Assembly (NCBI GenBank): GCA_964594965.1
Contig: CAZQMX010000003.1
Coordinates: forward strand, 224-49,005
Source: an uncultured Candidatus Saccharibacteria bacterium
GTDB lineage: Bacteria > Patescibacteriota > Minisyncoccia > Portnoybacterales > UBA2143
DNA length: 48,782 nucleotides
Reading direction: 5' to 3'
Shown here: positions 33,603 through 42,587 of the stretch, piece by piece
Layout of the letters: every line of letters begins with the position of its first letter
Position numbering within the stretch: the stretch's first letter is position 1
The notes under the pieces: generated by a model
Database searches by the model: none
What the model saw: the letters and a program-made list of their open reading frames with translations, nothing else
Told to the model about the DNA's origin: nothing
Made by a program: the position numbers and the translations under genes

Positions 33603-35873
33603 ATGAATATAGAAAAAATATTAAAATATGCTATCTGGGCTGGTTTGGTTGGTATTTTCTTTATCCCTCTGATTGTTAGCAGTGGTTTTTATTTCCCCTA
33701 TATTGTTCCTAAAACACTGGTTTTTAAGATTGTGACAGAAGTTCTATTTTTATTTTTTCTGGGTTTGGCAGTGATTAAAAAAGAATATCGACCAAAATTG
33801 AATTTAGTTTTGGTCTTATTTTTCTTGTATATTGCCACTGTTTTTATTTCATCTTTGATTAATGATGGTTTTTATTTCAGTTTTTGGAGTAATAATGAGC
33901 GAAACGAAGGTATACTCTTATTGTTACACCTTTTTCTTTATTTATTTGTTTTGACTAGCTTTTTGCGTCGAACTAAAGATTGGCTCGTTATTTTCGAAGC
34001 CAGTTTTGTTAGTAGTATTCTGGTCAGTTTATTTGCTTTGGGACAGTATCTGAAATTGGAATGGGTATTAGCTTCAGCCGCTGGAGAAAGATTGACTTCA
34101 ACCCTTGGCAATCCTGGTTATGTTGCCGGATATTTAATTTTTAATATTTTCTTTGGTTTAATATTGTTCTTTTTCAGAAAGAATCTATATCTTCGCTGGT
34201 ATTATATTCTGGGTATTTTTTTACAAATATTTATTGTCTTAAATACTCTAACCCGAGGCGCTATTTTAGCTTTGTCGTTTTCTTTATTTGTTTTCATTTT
34301 CTACCTGGCCTTTTTCCATTTACGGAGCAATAAATTAGTCAGGAATACTGGCATTGCCGTACTGTTGCTGGGGATAATTTTTACTGGGGTGGTTTTTTCA
34401 AACAAGCAGGCAGATTGGGTAAAAAATACGGGTGTTTTTAGGAGAATGGTCAGTATTTCGTTCTCTGATACAACAGCTGAAAATCGGTTAATGACTTGGA
34501 ATTCATCTTTTCAGGGATTTAAAGAGAAGCCGATTTTAGGTTACGGATACGAAAATTTTTATAAAGTTTTTGATAAGTATTTTAACGCTAAAATTTATCG
34601 TAAGGCTGGCTCAGTTGTCTGGTTTGACCGGGCTCACAACATTATTTTTGACAGATTAATTACTGGGGGGATAATTGGCTTATCTTTGTATTTGAGCTTA
34701 TTGCTCGCGCCTTTAGTTTATCTCTGGACACATTTTCGTCGGAAAAAAACAAAGAATCGGTATTTAATCCCGGTCGTTTTGACTTTGGTTGTTTTAGGAT
34801 ATTTTCTCCAAAACTTGTTTATCTTCGAATCGCTAGTTACCTATATTCCCCTATTTTTAATCTTAGGGTATTTGTCCCGATTTTGTCCTGCTTGGTCAGG
34901 AAATTTCTCTCAATCAAAAAAGGCCTATTTGACCATGCTGATTATTAGCGCTTTAGTCTTTTTGCCGGTTTTATTTAGTTTTAGCATCAGACCGGTTTTA
35001 GCTAACAGAGGATTAATTGATGCTATGATAAAGATTCGGCTCGAAAAATATGAAGAGGCCAATAATCGGTTTATTGATATTTTGGGCAGAGGGACTTTTG
35101 GTAATCAGGAATATCGCCAACATTACGCAGAATTTGTTACGGGCATAGCTGGAAACCAAAATATTGGCGGGGCCTGGGTTAGCGAATCAGTTATTAGGGT
35201 AGAGCGAGAATTTGAAAAGCAGATAAAGGAAAAACCGCTTAGCGCCCGTAATTATCTAATGTTTATGAGGTTTTTGAACAAGACCCACAGTAATAATCCA
35301 GAGCGTTTAATTAAATCCTTGGTTCTTTCCCAAAGGGCGATTGAGGTAAGCCCAACTAGGCCGCAAATATATCATGAAGCTGCCTATAGTCAATTCTATT
35401 TGGGAAGATATTACGCATCCATAGGAGAAATAGAAAGGTCCGAGCGGATTTTTGATCAATCAGTTGCTAATATGCAAAAGGGAATTGATATAAATCCCCA
35501 GGTGGTGGAATCATACCTTAATATGATAATGATTCTTTTTATTGTCGACAGGAACGATCAAATTCAATCCTATTTGGATAAAATGGACGAATTTGATCTT
35601 GATTATCATTCAGAAGATAAACTAATCAAAATAGCTAATTCAGCGATTCATGCTAAAGAATATAATTGGACACTCAAAATATATCAAGAACTAACTCAGA
35701 TTGCTCCAGAAAATCCAGATTATTGGGTTGATTTGGCTTTGTCTTATGCATATTTAGGCCGAAATCAAGAAGCAATTGAAACGGCTAAGAAAGTCGCCCA
35801 GTTTGGCGGCGTATATGTTGGTCAATCAGAAGCGTTTATTCAGGATGTCCTAGCCGGAAAGTTTAAGAAATAA
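33603..35873 (+). CDS. O-antigen ligase (Wzy_C)-like polytopic membrane protein with C-terminal TPR region
   Basis: More than 10 TM helices. LNTLTRGAILALSFS is Wzy_C-like. C-terminal TPR-like repeats. Confidence 0.7.
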   Translation: MNIEKILKYAIWAGLVGIFFIPLIVSSGFYFPYIVPKTLVFKIVTEVLFLFFLGLAVIKKEYRPKLNLVLVLFFLYIATVFISSLINDGFYFSFWSNNERNEGILLLLHLFLYLFVLTSFLRRTKDWLVIFEASFVSSILVSLFALGQYLKLEWVLASAAGERLTSTLGNPGYVAGYLIFNIFFGLILFFFRKNLYLRWYYILGIFLQIFIVLNTLTRGAILALSFSLFVFIFYLAFFHLRSNKLVRNTGIAVLLLGIIFTGVVFSNKQADWVKNTGVFRRMVSISFSDTTAENRLMTWNSSFQGFKEKPILGYGYENFYKVFDKYFNAKIYRKAGSVVWFDRAHNIIFDRLITGGIIGLSLYLSLLLAPLVYLWTHFRRKKTKNRYLIPVVLTLVVLGYFLQNLFIFESLVTYIPLFLILGYLSRFCPAWSGNFSQSKKAYLTMLIISALVFLPVLFSFSIRPVLANRGLIDAMIKIRLEKYEEANNRFIDILGRGTFGNQEYRQHYAEFVTGIAGNQNIGGAWVSESVIRVEREFEKQIKEKPLSARNYLMFMRFLNKTHSNNPERLIKSLVLSQRAIEVSPTRPQIYHEAAYSQFYLGRYYASIGEIERSERIFDQSVANMQKGIDINPQVVESYLNMIMILFIVDRNDQIQSYLDKMDEFDLDYHSEDKLIKIANSAIHAKEYNWTLKIYQELTQIAPENPDYWVDLALSYAYLGRNQEAIETAKKVAQFGGVYVGQSEAFIQDVLAGKFKK

Positions 35874-35884
35874 ATGTCTAACAG

Positions 35885-35903
35885 TCGGAGGTCGAACCTC
35901 CGA
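35885..35903. repeat. Intergenic copy of the family A palindrome
   Basis: tcggaggtcgaacctccga. The 21 nt gtcggaggtcgaacctccgac are identical to the CDS copy at 20398-20418. It lies 12 nt after a stop codon. Confidence 0.9.
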
Positions 35904-35910
35904 CAGTCCG

Positions 35911-35936
35911 AAAAATCGCCAACAGGGCGGTTTTTT
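35911..35936 (+). terminator. Rho-independent terminator
   Basis: aaaaatcgcc aacag ggcggtttttt. Confidence 0.65.
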
Positions 35937-35978
35937 GGTAGAATAGAATAGAATAGATAAAAGATTTGAAGGATATTA

Positions 35979-37463
35979 ATGACGTTTTGGCAAAGAAGTT
36001 TAATGGATAAAGTTATTACAAAAAAAAGAATTCTTTTGTTTTCTCTATTTGTTTTAATATTATTCTCCAGATTATGTTTTTTAGGTTCCAGTTTGTGGCA
36101 CGATGATGCTTTTAACTTTGTTGATAAGGCGATAAATTTAGCGGTTAATGGCCAATATTTTAATGCTCATAGCACTGGTTATCCATTTTGGATTGTTCTT
36201 TTGGCGTTAGTAATAAAAATTGGCCATTTTTTTACTGGCCAATGGTCAGCAATCTTTTTACCGAATTTGACTGTGGCAATTTTTGGTTCTTTGCTCTTAT
36301 TTCCGATTTATAATCTGTCAAAAAAAATTTTAGATAATTCCTATTATTCCCTATTGACTGCGGCAGCCGTTTTGGTTAATCCAATTATTTGGCGCTGGAG
36401 CGAAGTGGCAATGAGTGATATTTTTGCCCTTTTTTTTATTCTTTACGCAATAGTATTCTTTATAGATTTCGCTGAAAAAGATAAAAATAGATATTTCTGG
36501 TTGAGTAGTTTATTTCTTTATTTTGCCTTAATGTCCCGGGTTTTGTATGGATTGGTTCTTCTGCCTTTTATTATTTTTTGGTTCGTTTCCAACAAGCAAT
36601 TTAATTTCCAAAAGCTCATTTACATTATTAGCGGTTGGTTTTTTACAATACTGTTTATGGTTTTCAGTTATGGCCTGTTTCATAATTTTGATTTTTTGGC
36701 TTTTTTGTCTGGCTATGGTTCTGTTCTGCCAAATCTTAAAGAGTTCTTATTGTCTTCAATAATAGTTTTAAGGTCAATTGGCCCAATAATGATTTTAATG
36801 TCTGTCTTGGGGTTAATATATTTATTTAAAAAAAACAGGAAATACTTTTATTTTCTTTCAAGCCTTCTAGCTGTTTTTTTCTTTTATCTGTCTAGTTGGT
36901 ATCGAAACGGCTCATTTGATATAGAAAGATATTCAATTTTAATCACAGTTATTTTATTGATAATTGCCGGATATTGTCTGGTGGTAAATAAAATAACCAG
37001 GGTTTTATTCGGGGCTTCCCTGATTATATTACTCTTTCTGTTTACCAAAGGAGTCAACTTGCCATTAAATCAATACAGCGCTTACGCGTCTTCTGATAGT
37101 CGTTTTATAAGCTATATGCTTAAAGCGTCTCAATTAAAACAGCAAACAAAGGTTGATTTGGACCTGCGGAACTATCAAGATTTAGCTAATTATATTGATA
37201 GTCAGGATGTTGTTTTTCATTGGAATAATGATTGGATAATGCCTAAATTGTTACTCTCTGGCGCGCATTTGCCCAAAAAGGCGTTATTAGTCAGTATTGA
37301 ATCAGAACAAGATTTAGAAGGAAAATTAGCTCAACATCAGGACAGAAAGATATATCTATTAAGAGGCGCTTATGATACCTACCTTGGAATTATGGATAAT
37401 TATAAACCAGCGGAGAATATATTCTTAAACAATCAGTCGCTTGTTAATTTTATACCACAATAA
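35979..37463 (+). CDS. GT-C fold (ArnT/PMT, family 39-like) membrane glycosyltransferase
   Basis: Polytopic protein with an early acidic loop (LWHDDAFNF), set within the glycan locus. Confidence 0.5.
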   Translation: MTFWQRSLMDKVITKKRILLFSLFVLILFSRLCFLGSSLWHDDAFNFVDKAINLAVNGQYFNAHSTGYPFWIVLLALVIKIGHFFTGQWSAIFLPNLTVAIFGSLLLFPIYNLSKKILDNSYYSLLTAAAVLVNPIIWRWSEVAMSDIFALFFILYAIVFFIDFAEKDKNRYFWLSSLFLYFALMSRVLYGLVLLPFIIFWFVSNKQFNFQKLIYIISGWFFTILFMVFSYGLFHNFDFLAFLSGYGSVLPNLKEFLLSSIIVLRSIGPIMILMSVLGLIYLFKKNRKYFYFLSSLLAVFFFYLSSWYRNGSFDIERYSILITVILLIIAGYCLVVNKITRVLFGASLIILLFLFTKGVNLPLNQYSAYASSDSRFISYMLKASQLKQQTKVDLDLRNYQDLANYIDSQDVVFHWNNDWIMPKLLLSGAHLPKKALLVSIESEQDLEGKLAQHQDRKIYLLRGAYDTYLGIMDNYKPAENIFLNNQSLVNFIPQ

Positions 37464-37502
37464 CACCAAAACAAGTTATAAATAAGAGTGATATGGAATA
37501 TT

Positions 37503-38627
37503 TTAATAAATTTCTTTTGTTTTCTCTATCATTTCTTCTAAACCAAATTTCCTTTCTATTTTTTCTTTTGCTTTTTGGGCCATTTTCTGGGCTTTGTCCG
37601 GATTGTTAATTAAGTAATTAATCTTTTCAGCCAATTCTTGGCTGTTTTTTGGTTTGACTAAAATACCATTAACATTATTCTCAATTATTTCCGGAATACC
37701 GCCAATGGGAGTGGTAATAATTGGCGCTTCCGCAGCGGCGGCTTCAAGAATTGTATAAGGTAGCCCCTCTTTAATTGAAGGCAGAACAAAAACATCAAAG
37801 GCCTTTAAGTATTGGGAGGCATTATCAATCCATTCAATTAAATGAACATTTTTAAGATTATGTTTTCTGACAAAATTATACATTTTTTCTTTATCCGGGT
37901 TTTCTCCGCTGCCGATTAGAATTAATTCAAATTCTCTATCGATGTCTTTAACCGCCTTTAAAAGATAGAAAAGCCCCTTATTCTTGGTCCATTCAGCAAT
38001 TGTTCCAATAACCAAAGAAGAAGTTTTTTGGATTAATTTCTCTTGGGCTTCTTTCTTTTCAAGAAAGAAAACCGGTCGCAGTCCATTATGGATAGTGGTT
38101 AATTTGCTTTCAGGCGCAATTTTGTTCTTAAGAGCATTTTTCCGGTCACGCTCGGAAACACAAATTACTTTATCATAGAAAACGCAGGTTAATTTACTGA
38201 ATAACTTAATCAAAGAAATCTGCCACTGGGACCGGTCTTCTGAAAAAGCCCAGCCGTGAGGGGTATATATCAGGCGGGTTTTCTGATGGGAAAAGATTTG
38301 GTAAATCCAGCCAGCCAAACCGGCAATACCGCCGGCTTTAGGGCTGTTGACATGGATAATATCCGGCTTTATTTGAAGAATTAAACTCAAAATTTCAAAA
38401 AAAGCAAAAACATCTTTGAGGGGATTAATATTTCTTTGAAAGCCGTTAATATTGAAATATGGGATGTTGGTTTTACTGATTTCTCTGTAGAATTTTCCTT
38501 TGCCGCCGACTGCGATAAAGACCTGGTAATTGTCTTTTTTTAAGGCGGTAGCCAAATCAAAAACATAGCGGTTGCCGCCGCCCCAGACAGATTTAGTAAT
38601 GATATAGAGGATTGATTTTTTCGCCAT
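37503..38627 (-). CDS. Glycosyltransferase family 4 (GT-B)
   Basis: EGLPYTILEAAAAEAPIITTPIGGIPEII is an E-x7-E-type motif. Confidence 0.8.
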   Translation of the reverse strand: MAKKSILYIITKSVWGGGNRYVFDLATALKKDNYQVFIAVGGKGKFYREISKTNIPYFNINGFQRNINPLKDVFAFFEILSLILQIKPDIIHVNSPKAGGIAGLAGWIYQIFSHQKTRLIYTPHGWAFSEDRSQWQISLIKLFSKLTCVFYDKVICVSERDRKNALKNKIAPESKLTTIHNGLRPVFFLEKKEAQEKLIQKTSSLVIGTIAEWTKNKGLFYLLKAVKDIDREFELILIGSGENPDKEKMYNFVRKHNLKNVHLIEWIDNASQYLKAFDVFVLPSIKEGLPYTILEAAAAEAPIITTPIGGIPEIIENNVNGILVKPKNSQELAEKINYLINNPDKAQKMAQKAKEKIERKFGLEEMIEKTKEIY

Positions 38628-38671
38628 TTTCTTGTATATTATAACATGTATGGCTAATAATCAAGGAGTTT

Positions 38672-39307
38672 ATGGCTTATATTTTCTTAGATGAATCAGG
38701 TGATTTGGGTTTTGACTTTAGTAAAAAAAGAACCACAAAGTTTTTTGTGATTACTTTTTTATTTACTAAAAACAAGAGGCCCATCGAAAAAGTTGTTAGA
38801 AAGATTCATAGTGGTTTAAGGAAGAAATATAAAAAGATAGGAGTTTTGCATGCTGTAAAAGAAGAGCCAATTACTAGACAAAGATTGTTTAAGTTACTTC
38901 TAGAAAAAGATTGTCTGTTTATGACAATTTACTTAAATAAAAAGAAAGTTTATACAAAATTACAAGAAGAGAAATCCGTTCTTTACAATTATGTGGCGAA
39001 TATTCTCCTGGATAGAATATTTACTAAAAAACTAATTCCTTTAAACAGAAAAGTTAAACTTATTGCATCAAGAAGAGAAACAAATAAATTTTTAAACAAG
39101 AATTTTAAATATTATCTAGAAAATAAGATAAAAGATATTAATAAAATAGATATAGAAATACAAATTAAAACTCCTTTTCAGGAGAAGTCACTGCAAGCAA
39201 CTGATTTTATAAGCTGGGCGATTTTCAGGAAATATGAATATGGTGATGATAGTTATTACAATATGATAAAGGATAAAATAGCAGAAGAAAATGCGCTATT
39301 TCCATAA
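38672..39307 (+). CDS. DUF3800-family protein
   Basis: N-terminal YIFLDESGDLGF, C-terminal LQATDFISWAIF. Confidence 0.55.
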   Translation: MAYIFLDESGDLGFDFSKKRTTKFFVITFLFTKNKRPIEKVVRKIHSGLRKKYKKIGVLHAVKEEPITRQRLFKLLLEKDCLFMTIYLNKKKVYTKLQEEKSVLYNYVANILLDRIFTKKLIPLNRKVKLIASRRETNKFLNKNFKYYLENKIKDINKIDIEIQIKTPFQEKSLQATDFISWAIFRKYEYGDDSYYNMIKDKIAEENALFP

Positions 39308-39432
39308 AAAGATAAAACCCCATACGCTATTTAAGAGCAACCCTGCGGAAGCCCACATACGAGGATTTACTTATCGTATACAATATACCAAATTAAGTTT
39401 ATTATGTCAATAGTAATTCTGTGGATAATTTA

Positions 39433-40593
39433 ATGTCTAAAAGTGTTTTAATTTTTTCGACCGCCTATCTTCCTTTAACCGGCGGGGCAGAAATCGCAGT
39501 TAAAGAAATTACCCAACGGCTGCCAGACTGGCAGTTTGATTTGATTACGGCTAAAATTAGTCCAAAATTGGCTAAATTTGAGAAAATCAACAATGTTAAT
39601 ATCTATCGGACCGGGTTTGGCTTGAATATTTTAGATAAATTCCTTTTGCCTCTTTTAGGAGTTTTTAAGGCAATCCAGCTGGACAAGGAAAGGAATTATT
39701 CAATAATCTGGTCAATTATGGCTTCGCAGGCCGGAATTGCAGCAACATTTTTCAAGTTTTCAAGCAAAGGCAAGAAACTACTTTTAACTATTCAGGAAGG
39801 TGATCCAGAAGAACATTTGGAAAGATATGTTTTTGGAATTAAATTTCTTTATCAGATTTTAATTAAACCCTGGCATATGCTTTCCTTTAAAAACGCCGAC
39901 GCTATTACAGTTATTAGCAGCCATTTGAAAAAAAGAGCTTTAGAAAACAATGATAGGGTTCCGATTAAAGTAATTCCCAATGGAGTTGATTTAGATTTGT
40001 TCAGGCCAAAAAGACCAGAAGAAAAACCAGGTATTATTTCAAAAGACAAGATAATTTTAACCGTTTCAAGATTGGTTAAAAAGAATGGAGTCGACGATTT
40101 AATTAAGGCCATTAGTGAATTAAGAATCATGAATTATGAATCAGGAATAAAACTCTTGATTGTTGGCGATGGACCAAATAAGAATGAATTAGAGAAATTA
40201 GTTAAAAAACTAAACCTCGAGGACAAAGTTAAATTCTTCGGTCATATGGATCATATGGAAATTGTTAAATACTATTATCTAGCCGATGTTTTTGTCCGTC
40301 CTTCAATTTCTGAAGGATTAGGCAATGTTTTTTTAGAAGCTATGGCGACCGGTTTGCCAATAATCGGGACACCGGTTGGCGGAATCCCTGATTTTTTAAT
40401 TGACAGAGAAACCGGTCTTTTTTGCCAGGCGGGAAATCCTGAAAGCATTGCCCAGAAAATCAAGGAAATTTTAGAAGATAATTCATTAAGAGAGGAATTG
40501 ATAAAAAACGGCATAGAATTAGTTAGAGAAAAATACAATTGGGATAATATTGCTTCAAAAATGGAGAATGTTTTTAAAAGGGTGTCATCCTGA
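39433..40593 (+). CDS. Glycosyltransferase family 4
   Basis: SEGLGNVFLEAMATGLPIIGTPVGGIPDFL. ATG 39433 is preferred over the track's GTG 39421. The stop codon lies inside the family B repeat. Confidence 0.8.
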   Translation: MSKSVLIFSTAYLPLTGGAEIAVKEITQRLPDWQFDLITAKISPKLAKFEKINNVNIYRTGFGLNILDKFLLPLLGVFKAIQLDKERNYSIIWSIMASQAGIAATFFKFSSKGKKLLLTIQEGDPEEHLERYVFGIKFLYQILIKPWHMLSFKNADAITVISSHLKKRALENNDRVPIKVIPNGVDLDLFRPKRPEEKPGIISKDKIILTVSRLVKKNGVDDLIKAISELRIMNYESGIKLLIVGDGPNKNELEKLVKKLNLEDKVKFFGHMDHMEIVKYYYLADVFVRPSISEGLGNVFLEAMATGLPIIGTPVGGIPDFLIDRETGLFCQAGNPESIAQKIKEILEDNSLREELIKNGIELVREKYNWDNIASKMENVFKRVSS

Positions 40594-40643
40594 GCAGAGC
40601 GAAGGATCTGTACAAACAGATTCTTCACTACGTTCAGAATGAC
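40584..40643. repeat. Inverted pair of family B elements forming a ~27-bp imperfect hairpin
   Basis: gtcatcctgagcagagcgaaggatctg (40584-40610), spacer tacaaa, cagattcttcactacgttcagaatgac (40617-40643). 23 of 27 positions pair, including G-U. Confidence 0.8.
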
Positions 40644-40654
40644 AAATAATCAGA

Positions 40655-41818
40655 ATGACAGATTCAATAAGAATTTTAATCCTATCCGGAGTTTTTCCGC
40701 CAGACATTGGTGGGCCAACTGCTTTTTTAGACCCTTTAGCCAGGGATTTAATTAAAAACGGCTTTAAGGTCCGGGTTTTAACTTTTGGAAAAAGAGACAA
40801 GGTCAAATATCCTTACCCGGTTAAAAGAGTTTCCTATCTCTGGTCTTTTCCTTTCAGATGTCTGGTTTATTTAAAATGGGGTCTCTGGTACGGCTTAAGG
40901 GCGGATATTATCTACAACCAGGACCTATACACTGCTGGGATAGCCAGTTTGATTATAAGGAAAGTTTTGAGGAAAAAACTGGTTACTCGGTTTGTTGGTG
41001 ATTCTGCTTGGGAAAAATCATCGGTTGAAAAGCTGATTACTGACGATATCCTTACTTTTCAGGAAAAGAAATATTCTTCAAAAGTTGAAAGATGGAAAAA
41101 AGCCAGAAAAAGAATACTAGATAATTCGGATAAGATTATTGTTGCGAGTAATTTCTTAAAACAAGTTGCTTTGAAAATCGGTTTGCCCGAAGAAAAAATC
41201 AAAGTCATTTACAATTCAATCGATTTTTTGAATGTTAATCCTTCAGCCAGTAAAGAAGGATTAAAACAAAAACTGAATCTGAAAGGAAAAATCCTTTTAA
41301 CTATTGCCCGGCTGACGCCCTGGAAAGGAATTGATATGTTAATTGAAATTATGCCGGATTTAATTAAGAGATATGGAGAAATTAAATTAGTTGTTGTTGG
41401 CCGGGGACCGGAATCAGATAATTTAAAACAATTGGCCAAAAATCTTAAACTGGAAAACAATATTGTTTTTACCGGTAAAGCTAATCGGCAGGAGGTCAAT
41501 GACTATTTATCCCTGGCTGATATTTTTCTTTTGAATACTAATTATGAAGGAATGTCTCATTTGCTTTTGGAAGCGATCAAAGCCGGCATTCCCATTATTA
41601 CCACTCCGGCCGGCGGTAATTTAGAAACGATTAAAGATAATCAAACAGGAATTCTGGTTGGGTACAGGAACAAAAGAGAATGGGTGAAGGCAATTGAGAA
41701 AGTTTTGGATGATTCTGATTTAGCCAGTCAATTAATCCAAAACGCCAAAGATGATTTAAAAAGATTTAATTGGGATGATTTAGTTAAAGAGACCATTGGA
41801 GTTTTTGAAAGTCTCTGA
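40655..41818 (+). CDS. Glycosyltransferase family 4
   Basis: YEGMSHLLLEAIKAGIPIITTPAGGNLETI. Confidence 0.8.
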   Translation: MTDSIRILILSGVFPPDIGGPTAFLDPLARDLIKNGFKVRVLTFGKRDKVKYPYPVKRVSYLWSFPFRCLVYLKWGLWYGLRADIIYNQDLYTAGIASLIIRKVLRKKLVTRFVGDSAWEKSSVEKLITDDILTFQEKKYSSKVERWKKARKRILDNSDKIIVASNFLKQVALKIGLPEEKIKVIYNSIDFLNVNPSASKEGLKQKLNLKGKILLTIARLTPWKGIDMLIEIMPDLIKRYGEIKLVVVGRGPESDNLKQLAKNLKLENNIVFTGKANRQEVNDYLSLADIFLLNTNYEGMSHLLLEAIKAGIPIITTPAGGNLETIKDNQTGILVGYRNKREWVKAIEKVLDDSDLASQLIQNAKDDLKRFNWDDLVKETIGVFESL

Positions 41819-41825
41819 GAAATAT

Positions 41826-42557
41826 ATGAAAACAAAAAGAGAAATAAAATTAGGTAATGATAAATATTTAGTCATAGATTTGACAGAACCCTTAAAGGAA
41901 AATGTTGAGGTTTTTCCCGGCGACCCGAGGCCGAAAAAGAATGTTTTTAGTGAGATTAAAAAAACGGGATACCAGCACCATATTTATCAGATTGGAGACC
42001 ATGTTTTTCATCCCCACGGCGACGCACCCAAGCATCAAAATCTGAATTCCCGAAACAAAGGATTTGAAATTTATGATCTTGATTTCTGTTTTAATCCAGC
42101 CTGTTTAATAGATTTGTCAAAGGAATTAGAAGCAAAGAAATTAAAGGGCGTTAAATATTTAGTTAAAGTGGAGAGAAAACATTTGGAACCCTATTCCAGG
42201 ACTATTTCCAAAAAAAGCGCTCTTTTAATCAGGACAGGATATGATAAATGGCTTGAGAAAAACAATCCTCATCAGCCAAAAAATATTCCCTATTTAACAA
42301 AAGAAGCTGCGGAATTTGTTAAATCCTTTAGGGGAATTAAAGTCTTTGGAATTGACTCAATTACTATCGACCCGCCCGGCATCCATGATTCCCATCAGGT
42401 ATTAAAAGACCTTTTAATTGTTGAATCTTTAGTCCATCTTGACCAAATTCCTTTGAAATCAAAAGAAAATTTTGATTTACAGACCAGTCCAGTTAAAATA
42501 TTAGGGGCGACAGGAGGACCAATTGTCGCCTACGCCTTTATAGAAATTAGAAGTTGA
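41826..42557 (+). CDS. Cyclase-family (kynurenine-formamidase-like) protein
   Basis: FPGDPRP, HPHGDAPKH (His-rich metal motif), LLIRTGYDKW, FGIDSITIDP. ATG 41826 avoids overlapping the upstream gene. Confidence 0.55.
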   Translation: MKTKREIKLGNDKYLVIDLTEPLKENVEVFPGDPRPKKNVFSEIKKTGYQHHIYQIGDHVFHPHGDAPKHQNLNSRNKGFEIYDLDFCFNPACLIDLSKELEAKKLKGVKYLVKVERKHLEPYSRTISKKSALLIRTGYDKWLEKNNPHQPKNIPYLTKEAAEFVKSFRGIKVFGIDSITIDPPGIHDSHQVLKDLLIVESLVHLDQIPLKSKENFDLQTSPVKILGATGGPIVAYAFIEIRS

Positions 42558-42560
42558 AAA

Positions 42561-42579
42561 TCGGAGGTCGAACCTCCGA
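42561..42579. repeat. Intergenic copy of the family A palindrome
   Basis: tcggaggtcgaacctccga, 3 nt after a stop codon and 8 nt before the next ATG. Confidence 0.9.
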
Positions 42580-42587
42580 AATTAAAG

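Noticed and set aside
18179-39428. DnaA boxes as a replication origin
   Set aside because: The four boxes are 1.4-13 kb apart, with no cluster, no AT-rich unwinding element next to a box group, and no dnaA or dnaN gene nearby.
40275-40806. Minus-strand ORFs 40275-40628 and 40585-40806
   Set aside because: They are antisense to two glycosyltransferase genes and are extended through the family B repeat pair. The peptides ILRSAQDD and HSERSEES are repeat-derived.
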